Of a stretch of 64,000 bases of DNA, positions 12,340 through 25,768 are shown in pieces (position 1 is the stretch's first letter; each line of letters starts with the position of its first letter). Origin of the DNA: Mobula hypostoma (lineage: Eukaryota); assembly GCF_963921235.1 (NCBI RefSeq), contig NC_086108.1, positions 28,460,001 to 28,524,000 of the forward strand, in the 5' to 3' direction. The notes beneath the pieces are model-generated. The model was given only the letters and a program-made list of their open reading frames with translations. It ran no database searches and was not told where the DNA came from. The position numbers and the translations under genes were made by a program.

Positions 12340-13830
12340 GCCTTTCAACCCCCCTCCTCCGTTCACGCACCTTTCCCCTTACCAGGACCCAACTATCACC
12401 AGGTAGCTTGTGCTCCTCACCCAGCCTCCCTTATATTCTGGTGTCTGCCCCCTTCCGTTCCAGTCCTAATGAAGGGACTCAGCCTGAAACATCAATTATT
12501 CTATTTATTGATGCTCCCTGACCTGCTGAGTTCCTCCAGCATTCTGTTTGTTGAAATGTAAATAGGTTGATTAGTAAATTTGCAGATGGCAGATTTTTAT
12601 AAACCTACTGATTACCACAACTATCTTGACTATGTCCCATCCTATTTCTCTGTAAAAATGCTTTTCCCTTTTCTCAGTCCCTTTATCTCTGCCACATCTG
12701 TTCCCAGGATGAGGCTTTCTTTACCAAGATATCAGAAATATCCTCCTCCTTCAAAGAATAGGTTCTCTTCCTCCACCATTGATGCTGCTCTCACCCATGT
12801 CACCTCCGTTGCCCAGATATCCACACTCAACCCCTCTTCCCACCACCTTACCAGGGATAGAGTTCCTCTCGTACTCACCTATTATCCCTTGAGCCTTCAC
12901 ACCCAGCTCATCATTCTCCACAACTTCTGCCATCTTCCTCAGAATCCTACCACCAAACACATCTTTACCTCCCCCCAGTTCTCTGTCAGGATAATTTCCT
13001 ATGTAGTTCACATGTCCTGTCATCCCTCCACAATACTCTCCCTCCTAGCATATATCCCTGCAAGTAAGAGAAATGCTACACCTGCCTATTCATCTCCTCC
13101 CTCAACTCCATTCAGGGCACCAAACAGTCCTTCCAGGTGAAGGAACACTTCACCTGCAAATCTTTTGGGGTTGCCTACTGTATCCGGTTCATTTGATGTG
13201 GCTTCCTCTACAATGTGAGACCTGACATAAATTGGTCCATTTTGGAGAGCACCTCAACTCCATCTGCCAAAAACAGAATTTCCCGGTGGCTAAACATTTT
13301 AATTTCTATCCTCATTCCTGTTCCAAAATGTCAATCCATGACTTCCTCTTTTGCCACAATGAAGCAACCCTCAGGTTGGAGGAGAGACACCTCATATTTC
13401 ATCTAGATAGCCTCCAACCTGATGGCATGAACGTTGATATGTTTGTTTTCTTTTTTTTTGTCTTTTCCCTTGACCCTTATCTCTCCTTCTATTCCCCACT
13501 CTGGCCTCTTATCTCTTCTCCGCACCTGCCATTTGCTGCCCCCCCCCGCACCCGGGTCCCCTCCTCCTTCCCTTTCTCCTATGGTCCACTCTACTCTCCT
13601 ATCAGATTCCTTCTTCTCCATCCCTTTACCTTTCCCACACACCTGGCTTCACCTATCACCTTATAGCTTGTCTTCCCACATTTTTATTCTGGCATGCTCC
13701 CCCCTTGTTTCCAGTCCTGATGAAGGGTCCCAGCATGAAATGTTCATTTTTATAGATGCTGCCTGACCTGCTGTGTCTCCAGCATTTTGTGTGTGGAATT
13801 CCAGAATTTACAGAATCTTGTGTGTTTATG
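12340..13830 (+). mobile_element. Older Penelope-like element: tail (~12340-12550), then RT C-terminus, GIY-YIG and second tail (~12590-13830)
   Basis: FYKPTDYHNYLDY, RDRVPLVLTYYP, HFGEHLNSIC..FPVAKHFN, RLEERHLIFHLDSLQPDGMN; degenerate hammerheads near 12461-12497 and 13712-13745. Confidence 0.85.
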
Positions 13831-14079
13831 ATGGGCTTTGTCATTTTAATACTAAATGTTATGCTTCCTCCATAGTAGAAGAATGAAAGGCATCAGTATC
13901 AAGAAAGAAGATTGGCAAAATGTATATTATAGAAATAATGACTTGCAGATCAGTTTAAAATGTTGAGGTCATTTTTAAATGACTTCCAAGGAATGGTAAC
14001 CTCTGGACAGTTTGCAACACCTAGGATGAAGCAGGAAGATTATATGTATGAATGAAAGAGACAATTAAGGGATTGGAAC

Positions 14080-15110
14080 CGCAAACACGAGGAAATCTGC
14101 AGATGCTGGAATTTCAATAAACACACATAAAAGTTGCTGGTAAACGCTGCAGGCCAGGCAGCATCTCTAGGAAGAGGTACAGTCGACGTTTCAGGCTGAG
14201 ACGTTTCGTCAGGACTAACTGAAAGAAGAGCTAGTAAGAGATTTGAAAGTGGGAGGGGGGGGGATCTCGCTACTAAACACATCTTTCCCTCCCCCCCTCT
14301 CCCTGCTTTCTGCAGGGATCGCTCCCTACACAACTCCCTTGTCCATTCGTCCCCCCCAGCCCTCCCCATCGATCTCCCTCCTGGCACTTACCCTTGTAAG
14401 CGGAACAAGTGCTACACATGCCCTTACACTTCCTCCCTTACCACCATTCAGGGCCCCAGTCAGTCCTTCCAGGTGAGGCGACACTTCACCTGTGAGTCAG
14501 CTGGGGTGATATACTGTGTCCGGTGCTCCCGATGCGGCCTTCTATATATTGACGAGACCCGACGCAGACTGGGAGATTGTTTCGCTGAACACCTACGCTC
14601 TGTCCACCAGAGAAAGCAGGATCTCCCAGTGGCCACACATTTTAATTCCACATCCCATTCCCATTCTGATATGTCTATGCACGGCCTCCTCTACTATAAA
14701 GATGAAGCCACACTCAGGTTGGAGGAACAACATCTTATATTCCATCTGGGTAGCCTCCAACCTGATGGCATGAACATTGACTTGTCAAACTTCCGCTAAT
14801 GCCCCACCTCCCCCTCGTACCCCATCCATTATTTATTTTATATATATATATATATATATTCTTTTTCTCTCTCTCCTTTTTCTCCTCTGTCCCTCTCTAT
14901 CCCTCTCTCTATACTCCTTGCCCATCCTCTGGGCTTCACCCCTCCCTCTTTCTTTTTCCCTAGGCTTCCTGTCCCATGATCCTCTCATATCCCTTTTGCC
15001 AATCAACTGTCCAGCTCTTGGCTCCATCCCTCCCCCTCCTGTCTTCTCCTATCATTTTGGATCTCCCCCTCCCCCTCCCACTTTCAAATCCCTTACTAGC
15101 TCTTCTTTCA
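14080..15110 (+). mobile_element. Penelope-like element with inverted terminal segment (minus-strand tail 14080-14263, plus-strand GIY-YIG and 3' UTR 14264-15110)
   Basis: ORF 14473-14799 reads as a complete GIY-YIG domain (VIYCVRCSRCGLLYIDET..R..EH..E..N). Hammerhead at 14180-14217 (minus) has an intact core but disrupted stem II. Confidence 0.9.
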
Positions 15111-15544
15111 CTTACATTCTTTTTGTTTCCATTATCAGGAGCATTCCGAATCCTTCATGGAACTGTGATCAACTCCTTCTGTTGGCCACAAGGAAACAAG
15201 TGTACTTTCTTAAAAGTTACAACACAGTGTTATGGAAATTCCAGGTCAAGATTGCTCTTCTGTATCATTCTCATTTCTGTGCAACGTCAGCTATGAGGTA
15301 GAGAGAGGATAACTCGGATGTAAGCTGCAAAGATATCTATTGCTATTCATTTATTAACTGTTGCTAATAAAGTATAATTTCATATTGAAAGAGGTCAAGT
15401 AGTTGAATTCCAGAAAAGCTACCTTTATTGAGTAGAGGAAGCTACAACACTGTATCTGTTAGTTACTACATAACAAAATCCCTTGCTCATTCATGATCTT
15501 ACTACATATTGGGTTATTCACCAAAAATATTCTCATTAGGATAT

Positions 15545-17360
15545 AAAACATAGAAGAACACAGCACATTGCTTCGTGCCAACTTTTTAACCTATTCCAAG
15601 ATCAATCTAATCCTTCCTTCCTACATAATCCTACTTTTTTTTATCCATGTGCCAAAGAGTCTCTTAAAAATCCCTAATGTATCTGTCTCTATTACCACCT
15701 CTAGCAGTCTGTTCCATGAACATACAACAGCAGTGTGCAAAAAATCCTACCCCTGACATCCCTCCTGAACTTTCCTCCAATCACCTTAAAAGTATGTTCG
15801 CTGGAATTAGCTACTGCCACACTGGCCACCTACTCAATCTATGCCTCTTATACACCTCTATCAAGTTGCCTCTCATCCTCCTTCAATCCAAAAAAAGAGC
15901 TCTGGCTTGTTCAACTTTTCCACATAAGTTATGGTCTCTATTCCAGGCCGCATCTTGGTAAATTACCTCTGCGCCATTTCTAAAGCTTCCACGCCTTTCC
16001 TATAATGAGGTGACCAGAACTGAACACAATATTCCAAGTATGGTCTAGCCAGAGTTTTATAGAGCTGCAAAATTACCTCGCAGTCTTTGAACTCAATCCC
16101 CCAACTAATGAAAGCCAACGTACCATTTGCCTTCCTAACCATCCTATCAACTTGTGCAGCAACTTTGAGGGATCTATGGATGTAGACACCTCTGTTCCTC
16201 CACATAGCTAAGAATTTTGCCATTGACTTTGTCTTCAAGATTAGCTCTACCTTCATGTTTGTATCACTTCACACTTTCCCAGAATGAAATCCATCTGCCA
16301 CTTCTCAGTGCATTCTGCATCCTGTCAATGTCCCATTGTAACATGAAAAACATTCCACACTATCCACACCACCACCAATCTATGTGTCATCTGCAGACTT
16401 ACTAACACACTCTTCCATTTCCTCCTGACATTCTGATTGAGCCAACCAACCACGGGAACTTTGTCAAGCATCTTCTAAAATCCATATGCACCACATCCAC
16501 TGCTCTGCCTTCATCAATTTGTTTTGTCGCTTCCTCAAAAACTCAGTCAGGCTCATGAGGCATGACCTGCTCCTCAGAAAGCCATGCTGGCTATCCCTAT
16601 TCGGACCATGCCTCTCCAAATTCTTATAAACCCTGTCTTTAAAAATCCTCTCCAGCAGCTTTCCCACCACCGCGAATATAAGACTTATCAATGTATAATT
16701 CCCAGCATTATCCCTATTACCTTTCTTGAAGAAAGGAATAACATTTGCCATCCTCCAGTCTTCTGGTACTACTCCTGTAAACGTCTTTGCCAAAAGGGCA
16801 GCAATATCTTCTGGTGCTTCTCATAGTAACCGGGGCCTTAATGAATGTGAGGTCAGCGTAGTACAGACTAATATGCTGGAAAATGTCAAGGTTAAGAAAG
16901 AGGATGTACTGGAACTTTTGATATGATTGTATATGGTGATATATATGTACTTAGTAAATTTACTTTGACTTTCACTTTGACTTTGATAAACACTAGGATA
17001 GCTTATTGCTGTATTAGGTCCCTCATTCAGGATCTTCCCAACTTCCTTTGACTCCAGGTATATGTTTCCTCTTCTATTCCTGATTGATCCTTTCATCATC
17101 CCCCTGTTCTTCACATACATATGGAATGCTTTGGGGTTTTCCTTAATCCTAATCACTAAGACCTTCTGATGTTCCCTTCCAGCTCTCCAAAGTCTCTTAT
17201 TAAGTTCCTTCCTGACTATCTTAAAACTCTTAAGAGCCCTCTCTGATTTTTGCTTCCTAAACCTTAAGTATTCTTCCTTCTTCCTTTTCACAAAATGTTC
17301 CAAATCTCATGTCAACCTTAGTTCCTTCACCTTGCTACCTTTTCCCTGCCTCAGGAGGTC
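15545..17360 (-). mobile_element. CR1 LINE, truncated and rearranged
   Basis: ORFs 15963-16256, 16464-16793 and 16821-17303 match CR1 ORF2 (RPYLEYCVQFWSPHY, VPEDWRMANVIP, IKENPKAF); a short plus-strand piece lies near 16835-16920. Confidence 0.88.
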
Positions 17361-19700
17361 AGTGAAACTCCCTTTTTCAGGATCATCTTTTGTTCAAAAT
17401 ATAATACCAAATACTCAGGAGTTCAAAACCAATCTTTCTTTCAGGATTATAAAATGTAGGGATTCATATTTATTAACATTTATTTCTTCCAGCTCAATAT
17501 TTTTAATGTAGCTGATTATTTTATAAATCAGAGAGCATTGGATGCCTTGGTGATAGAATTATTTTTTTATATATCAGAAATATCCTTTACCAAGCACTTT
17601 TAACTTGTGGAACTATCAAAACTTCATTGTAAGATAATTGGCTAACAGATCCAAAGAAGTGATAAACACCTTTGAAGAACAGTGAAGTGTTTTGTTATAA
17701 AGAATATCTTAAAGAAAGAAAACCAAAGGGATTGTGGGTAGAGGGGGGGGGCGATGACAACTCCAGATCTTGGGGCTTTTATCTGACTGAACATCAAACT
17801 GCCAACAGTGCACTAAAGAAATTAGAGGAAGCACAAGGTGTTAAATTTAGATGATTAAAGAGATCTTGTGTGAAGGAATGCAGTTGGGGGATTCAACTGA
17901 GTATAAGAATGAGAATATGAATGCTGAGACTTTGTCAGGATAGAAGTCATTATGGCTGAAGCAACCTATACTGGCAGTGTGCTTTATTCCAGGTCTCTGC
18001 TAATTACTGTATTAGTACAATCATGAATTCCCTTCTATTTCAGTTGCTTATTGAGCTTCTTCTAAAGGACAATGAAATTCCCCTCAACAACGGCATGTTC
18101 TGCATTCTAGCTGCTCCGTGGATGAATTGGTTTCTTGATTGCGTACTATCTGATATTGACTGCTCCAATTTTGTTTTTCTCATAAATGGGAGCATTCTTT
18201 GTATCTACTCAATTTAAACAAACTTTGATATATCAGAATTATTTTATTTCCCAGAATTTGAATTTGGTTCTGAATGAAATCACTTTCCCTGTGCCTTTTC
18301 AGCCAAAAATAGCACTGTTTATTACAAGGTGCAGTAAACATGTTGTTTCCAAATTTTAAATTAGAGTCAATCTGTACATTTACTTCAGATTGATGGGGGA
18401 ATTTTTCATTTTTAAAATCTATTTCCTGTCTGCTAATGGTGCCATAAAATGCTTTACACCTGCTACCTTGCCAATCAATTCAGTCAGGGCAATGTATTAA
18501 CAGTGCAATAAATAATTGGCTAAATAAAAAAAATGAATGAATTGCAAAATCTAGTCTTTTGATTGCATAGTAGGTAGATTTATTGTATTAGTCATCAATA
18601 TATTGGGACCCATTTATTGTCATACTGCATTGGGACATAATTTAGAATAGTAATACCTCAGAACATTTGACCATTGCCCAGTGCGTTTAGTCTCTTTTGT
18701 CACTTAATGAAGATCACTTGATAGTTAAGTGCATCAGCAATCCTGATAAAAATCCTTTATCACACAATGGCCCAGGCCAAATGTGCATTCCATTTCCTAT
18801 ATATCAATTCATTTAATTTGAAAACAAAACATAATATAGTTTCCATCTTATTTTATATAAATCAATGTGAAGGATGGCATTTTAGATTGATTTTTTCACC
18901 CTTCTTCTTTTAGTATCCAGTGTCAGCCCGAAGCACTCCCAGGTCAAATGCATCGCAGGTTAAATGCAGGATAGAACTCACTCTACCCTGCCCCAACAAG
19001 GCCTTCATAAGACTTCTGACCTTTGAGGCTACAAGCACTCAGCTGACTATGATCCATCACCGATTCTCATTGCCTCTATGATCCCATTCAGGAATGACAC
19101 GAAGATATGTGTGAAACAAAATTGAAAGATCATACTCATATCATAGGAAAATGATCTCCAAAAACACATTTTAATTACACATGGAGACATTTTCCATCTC
19201 CATCTCCATTCCAATAGCTTCTGCCATGCAATATACACCAAGAGCTCTTAACCACTTCTTTTCCCATTTGTTAAATCTTTAGGTAAAAATGGTGTTTAAA
19301 GTCAGTTCATTGGAATGTTATTATGCTTTAGTCTGACAAAATTATTTGCTAATAATGTTACTCAGCTCACTCCATTTGCACCCAGTACACTCTACTCAAT
19401 TAAACTATGATTCTCAGCTGCTTTGTTATTGCTATTATTAAACATCTGCTAATAAGCAAACCACTAGTTTTGTCTTAAATAATTACATACTCATTCATTC
19501 AATCCAATTGCCAGATTTCGCTTATTTTATTGATATTAAAAAGAATATCTAAACAGATATTTTTTAAAAAGATCACTTTGGTTTGAAGCATCTGCTTCAG
19601 CTTTCTATTGCTCTCCAATTTTATTTCAATATGTAATCTTAATCTTATTGTCATTGATATTCTAAACACTGTTGTTTCTCACCACTTTTCCTAGTATTTT

Positions 19701-20370
19701 CAGACATCCCACCCTGCAAAAACTCATTTCAGGGAGGTAGCACGATCAATTTGTGGGAGACTCCCGGAACTTCCGGGAGAGGTGGGATGTCTGCAATAGA
19801 GTAGCTCCTTAGCAGCCAGCCAGCTAGTTTAAATAATGTTAGCTATGCTAATGAACAAATTACACCTGTTAAACTCACCTCAACATGTCTTTTACAGTCC
19901 TAACCCACCATGGGCAATAGAAAAGTCACTGTTGCAAACAGTGCAGCGAGCAACACTGTCATTATTTTTGACCACTATTAGGCAGGGGTACACTGCAGTG
20001 TAGTCTGGGGTGACATATGTTTTATATTTTCTTTTTTTGGGAACACTCTGCCACGGTGCTCTCTCTCTCTCTCGCTCGCGCTCTCTCTCTCTCTCTCATG
20101 GTCGCTCTCCCACTCTCGCTTGCTTTCTCTCTCGCATTCTCTCTCTCTCACACTCTCGCTTGCTTTCTCTCTCGCGCTCTCGCCCGCTTTCTCTCTCTCG
20201 CTCTCTTGCACTCTCGCTTGCTTTCTCTCAAGCGCTCTCTCTTGCTTTCTATCGCTCGCTCGCTCTCAAAAAAATTGATTTCTGTGATATTGTATAAATT
20301 TGCGAGCATCAGGGAGCCACTATTCATATGCGGGAGACTCCCAGAACTTCCGGGAGAGGTGGGGTGTCTG
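19701..20370. mobile_element. Non-autonomous DNA transposon with 13-bp TIRs and a 6-bp TSD (hAT-related?)
   Basis: CAGACATCCCACC (19701-19713) / GGTGGGGTGTCTG (20358-20370); TATTTT at 19695-19700 and 20371-20376; internal CT/CTCG microsatellite ~20058-20267. Confidence 0.75.
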
Positions 20371-20632
20371 TATTTTAAACCACTTGCCACTCCTGTATTA
20401 ATCTACTCTACAAGGACGTCTTCTTGCCAAAAATAAACTGCAAGAAGAATGCAGCAGGTCGAACTATGTCTGAGGTGGAAAAGTCCTCCACAGATGTTGT
20501 TATACCCATTAGGATCGTCCAGCTGTTTTTCTGCTCCAGATTACAACATCCTCAGTTGCATCATGTTTCCGCTGACTTCTTCCTGGTGTGGTTTCCTCTT
20601 GCTTCAAAATAGCTCCAATCCCTTAATCAACC

Positions 20633-20842
20633 CACATCAAAGTTGCTGGAGAACGCAGCAGGCCAAGCAGCATCTCTAGGAAGAGGTACAGTCGACGTTT
20701 CGGGCTGAGACCCTTCGGCAGGACTAACTGAAAGAAGAGCTAGTAAGAGATTTGAAAGTGGGAGGGGCGAAACATCGACTGTACCTCTTCCTATAGATGC
20801 TGCCTGACCTGCTGTGTTCCACCAGCATTTTGTGTGTGTTGC
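20633..20842. mobile_element. Penelope tail foldback (minus arm 20633-20767, plus arm ~20768-20842)
   Basis: Two inverted tail copies; hammerhead at 20689-20726 has a core mutation (CTGCCGA). Confidence 0.85.
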
Positions 20843-21599
20843 TTGGGAAGATAATGTTTCTTTTCAGTTAAGCAAATTGTTACTGTTGGAAACGCTTTGC
20901 CTAATAAGATTTTACTGTACAAGTAGAATTATTAGCAACTTCTAAATATGCATTGAGCAAATTTGTACAACTATGAGAAAAGTGTGGAGTAAAGGAAGAA
21001 CTTTTTAGCCTGCTAGCACAGGCATAAAATGCCAAGTGAACTCTTTCTCTGGTATATGGCTCTGTTGAAAGGATTCTTATCTCCCTGCAATATATCAACA
21101 ATTATTTTAATATATATTACATGTAATTCTGAAGGTATGTTGGAGACCAAGAAAGAACTTTGATAACATGTGGTGCTCTGAAATACTTTTTCTTGAATTA
21201 CAATTTCTCCAAGAGAACTCATCTTCATTTATTACTTTTAGAGTCATTATTTGGACAGCTAAAATTTTCTTAGATGAGAGTTAAGTGATTTGTAAATTAC
21301 CTAGTTAAATGGAAAAGCAATAACAGATTGTACATTTTAAGTGGCAATTTAAATTCCAAATTTCTGGTTATAATTTCCCATCCGAGCTAAAATTTATAGC
21401 AATTTAAAATTAATCTAAAATTGCTCAGTTCAGCTATACTTAAATCCAGAGGACATTGAAAGCTGTTTATGCTTTGCAGCTTGTATTAAGGGGCTCTCCC
21501 ATCCCAAAGATGCTAATATTGGTTTTATTGGGAACAAATTGCTAACTGGAGGATATTAATAGTATGTGATAATTTATAATTATATTGTATTCCCATTCC

Positions 21600-21990
21600 G
21601 AAGTCATTTGGGTGGGTGGAGTGGAGATACTTCTCTACCAAAGGAGGTGGAAGGTGCTCCTTCCCTCCGCTAGCCTGCAGGTCACCCTTGGGCAAGGTGT
21701 AGCACCTGCTTAGCCCCCTGATCAGGGCCACGTGAAACCATGGGAGCAAGTGCTGGATGGTCATATGAGTAGCTGGTGCATATCACGTCCTGGTTATGCG
21801 ACCACTGACACCAGGCAGACAACCTCTGAAGAGTATTGATATTGGTTGATATTACTCATCTTTTCAAGACATTGCCCCGAAGAAGGAAATGGCAAACTAC
21901 TTCTACAGAAAAATTTGCCAAGAACAATCATGGTCATAGAAACTTGATCATCGCCCACATCATACGAGACAGCACAGAATGAATGAATGA
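21600..21990 (+). mobile_element. RTE-related non-autonomous retroposon/SINE
   Basis: ctaccaaaggagg...gggcaaggtgtagcacc 5' part, atggcaaactacttct motif and (GAAT)n tail. Confidence 0.5.
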
Positions 21991-22040
21991 TTCCAACCCG
22001 TAGTACCCAGTGTACAACATAGTGAGGGAAATGGTATCAC

Positions 22041-22146
22041 GCAAACAACAGTAATTCTGCAGATGCTGGAAATTCAAGCAACACACATCAAAGTTGCTGG
22101 TGAACGCAGCAGGCCAGGCAGCATCTCTAGGAAGAGGTACAGTCAA
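22041..22146 (-). mobile_element. Penelope 3' tail fragment
   Basis: Near identical to 49337-49437; truncated at the edge of the hammerhead. Confidence 0.85.
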
Positions 22147-22149
22147 CAC

Positions 22150-23330
22150 GCTTTTGTGTGTGGTAGGTAGTGTCTAACCAACCTTATAGAGTTTTTTGAG
22201 AAATTTACCAGGAAAATTGATGAAGGCAAGACAGTGTATATTGATCATGTACTTCAGCAAGACCTTTTACAAGGTCCCACTAGGGAGGTTCATCAAGAAG
22301 GTTCATTGACATGGCATTCAAGATGAAGCAGTAAATTGGATTAGACACTGTCTTTGAGGGAGAAGCCAGAGTGGTAGTAAATGGCTGCCTCTCTGATCGG
22401 AAGCCTGTGACTAGTGACAGTGATTGGTGCTGGGTCTGTTTCATTTGTCATCTATATCAATGATGTGGAAGATAATGTGGTCAACTGGATCAGAAAATTT
22501 GCAGATGACACTGAGATTGGGAGTGTAGTGGACAGTGCGGAAGACTATTAAAGCTTGTAGAGGGATCTGGGACCACTGAAAAAATGGTTTGAAAAATGGC
22601 AGATGAAATTTAATGCAGACAAGTGTGATGTGTTGCACTTTGGGAGGACCAACCAGGGTAGGTCTTACACAGGGAGTAGTGAGGCACTGAGGAGTATGGT
22701 AGACCAGAGGGATCTGGGAATACAGGTCCATTCACTGAACATGGCATCACAGGTAGACAGGATCGTAGAGAAAGTTTTTGGCAAATTGGCTTTCAAAGAT
22801 CAAAGGAGTTGAGTCATTATGTTAAAGTTGTACAAAATGTTGGTGAGGCCTAATTTGGAGTTTAAAAACGTGTTGTGTGCAGGTTTGGTCACTTACCTAC
22901 AGGAAAGATGTAAATAAGATTGAAAGAGTATGGAGAAAATTTACAAGGATGTTGCTGGTACTGGAGGACCTGAGTGTCAAGGAAAGATTGAATAGGTTAG
23001 AACTTAATTCCCTAGAATGTAGAAGATGTAGGAGAGATTTGATAAGAGGTATACAAAATTATGAGGTGTATAGATAGGGTAAATGCAAGGGAGCATTTTA
23101 AAAATAGGGTTGGGTGAGACTACAACTAGAGGTCGTGTTAAGGGTGAAAGGTGAAAAGTTTAAGGGGAACATGAGGGGGACGTGATTCCTATTTCTACAC
23201 TTAAGAGAAGTTTGGATAGGTACATGGATGGGAGGGGTATGGAGGGCTATGGCTGGGTGCAGACTGATGGAACTAGGCAGTTTACGTGATTCGGCAGATA
23301 CTAGATGGGCTGTGTTGTAGTTTTCAATGA
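22150..23330 (+). mobile_element. CR1 LINE 3' part, decayed
   Basis: KFADDTEIG near 22495; ORFs MKFNADKCDVLHFGRTN and QVWSLTYRKDVNKIERV. Confidence 0.88.
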
Positions 23331-24329
23331 CTATTAGTGGATTAGAATTCTCAAGATGTAATTTATTGTAGTATAATGGCAAATTAATTTACATTCAAAG
23401 TAATTAATTAAATAAAATCTCCAGAAAAGTGTACCAGTAATGCTAGCTATGAAACAGCTGCTTTGCCGTAAAAAAAATCTATTTCATTCATTAATTCCTC
23501 TTGGGGAAGGAAAGCAGCAACTTTTAACTAGTCATGAACGTGTGTGACTTCAGACCCTCCAGTATGGCCAGCTTTGACATGGCCTCACAAACTAATTAAT
23601 AGAAAGGACAATTCAAGATGGTGTGCATATACTGTCCTTGCCAATAATTACATCCCGCAAATGAATGGATAAAAAGCCCTGATGTTAGGAGAACTACAAT
23701 TGAAGTATTGAGTGCAAAAAGATGTGAACAAGCTGTATGAAGGAGAATGAAAGGAAAAAAAAATGTTCATTTAAATTGTACTCTTTATCCCGTCATATAG
23801 GGTGTGAAAGGCTTGACTAAAATCTGAAGGAACATAGTCACTACTACTTATCATGAGCTACAGTACATGGTAATTGAATGGAATTCAAAGTTTATAATTT
23901 ACAATACTGTACAGATTACTGTATTAGTGTTACACCGTAAGTATAACAAAATCCATCAAATTTGATTTTACATCTCTTTTTACACAAATTTTAAATAATT
24001 TTGAAGTTAGGGAAAAGCCTTTACTGACTGTTATACTTTTGAATCCAATGTTGACTTATCTGAAAATCTAACTGACCAAAAAATGGCTGGATGTGTTTTC
24101 ATATTTCAATTTTCCCCCCTGAATTTATTACTCAGGACTGCAAAACTACTAACCACTTTATTAAATACACTTTTTTTCTGGTAAATGATCGCTGAAGTCA
24201 TTTGCCCGAAACTTCTCTTTCGGAGCTGAGCTTTTTAATTGTTTGTACAACCTGGAATTTTTGCATTGTGAACTTAAGTCTTGAAGGTGCAGGATGGTTG
24301 TGGCATGGCATGTACCAACTGAATCAATA

Positions 24330-24982
24330 CGGCTTAGCTCAGGCACAAGAGCAGGGAATGAGCCACTGTTTGGCCATTGCTGGAGCGGATGGAGGCAATT
24401 CAATGCGGCTGAACCGAGGTGAGGTGAGCGGAAGTGAGGCAGAGCCCAGACCCGAGAGCAAGGAAAGATCTGAGGTTTGATCGATTTAAGTGCTGGGCCT
24501 AATTGGAAAGGTCGGGTACGGGCCAAATCAAGGTGGTGGGCCCGGGCCTGAGAATTTCAAAGCAGTAGGGCACAGGTCTGAGAGCGTATTGAAGCAGCAG
24601 GACCGAGGTCTGAATGCAAGGACTGACTCAAGGTTTGGATAATTTAAGTGCCAGGCTAGTTTGAAAGGTCAGGTGTTGGGGCTGGAGGCAAGAAATAGGT
24701 CGGTTCTGCGAGGTTTACTCATCTCTGGGTTGAATCGATACCATGGCCTGCGACTGATGGGCTCCTGAATCAGCTGCTAGCTTCATGTCATGGACTCACT
24801 TTTAAGTGCTATCTGCTTGCTTTTATTGTTTGCACGATTTGTTATTTCCCTAAACACTGGGTGTTTGACGGTCTTTTCTTTAAATGGGTTCTACTGGGTT
24901 TCTTTGTTTTATAGCTGCCTGTAAAATCTCAAGGTTGTATACAGTATACATACTTTGATAATTAATGTCCTTTGAACTTTGA
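24330..24982 (+). mobile_element. Non-autonomous retroposon with Rex/Babar-like 3' tail
   Basis: GC-richer body ending in aatctcaaggttgtata...tactttgataa...ctttgaactttga, a tail type repeated at ~33990 (minus) and ~57130-57193. Confidence 0.5.
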
Positions 24983-25668
24983 GAATAAGTAATGTTTCTT
25001 GATTAATAACACCACTTTGGGAGGAATGAGGTTGAGGAACAGTAACTGAGATGACACCTTTGCACCGGGGTTAGACTATTCAAAAAGTGTACCTTCTCTA
25101 CATCAAATAACGAAATCTCAAAATGATACTCGTAGTTTATGAAAATGTGCAGACTGATAACATAACTGTGCAAATCTCATTCAGTGTATTGAAATAAAGG
25201 GATTATAATCATACTGATAGTAATGATAACAATTTTCTGGAGGTGCAAGGAGTAAGGGTGTTATCAAGGAGGGTAAATAGCTTAACTACTGACCCCATAC
25301 CAGTATTTCTGATGCAGTTAGCAAATAACTTGACCTGAAAATGCAGTAAGCAGGACAAATTTTCTAATTTATGATAAAGATTCTTTGATCTGAAATAATA
25401 TCTTTACCATAGCTATTGCCTGACCTGTTTCCAACCTTTTCCTTTTTTTCCTAAATTTTACAAAATTCTCTTCCTGTAAAGAAACTGTTCCAGCCGCTGA
25501 CCATTGAGGTGCCAGAATGAAGTGTTTCCTATTCATACTGAACTAAAAATTGCTTAATATTACTTTCAAGTTCTCATGCATTAAAACTCTGATTTTGGTC
25601 TGTTTAATTTGAAGTGCACAATATTTGATCAAGAAAATAACCAGAAGAAAGCATAACATGAATAACCA

Positions 25669-25674
25669 TTTATT
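25669..25674 (-). terminator. ACBD6: ACBD6 polyadenylation signal (AATAAA)
   Basis: AATAAA ~95 nt after the stop codon, followed by a U/GU-rich tract. Confidence 0.65.
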
Positions 25675-25768
25675 ATTGCAGATAGTTAAGTAATAATAAC
25701 CATGAAATACACTTCAATACGTTTTGTTCCCATGCTGTTCATTTGGAGTCAGACAACTGACAATGGTG

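Noticed and set aside
19978..20436. Arg/Glu/Ser/Leu-rich ORFs
   Set aside because: Translations of a CT/CTCG microsatellite inside a transposon.
14064..20627. 14-mer TCCAATCCCTTAAT beside two Penelope insertions (14064-14077 reverse, 20614-20627)
   Set aside because: Opposite orientation relative to the element end, absent at other insertions, and several chance 14-mer matches are expected in 64 kb.
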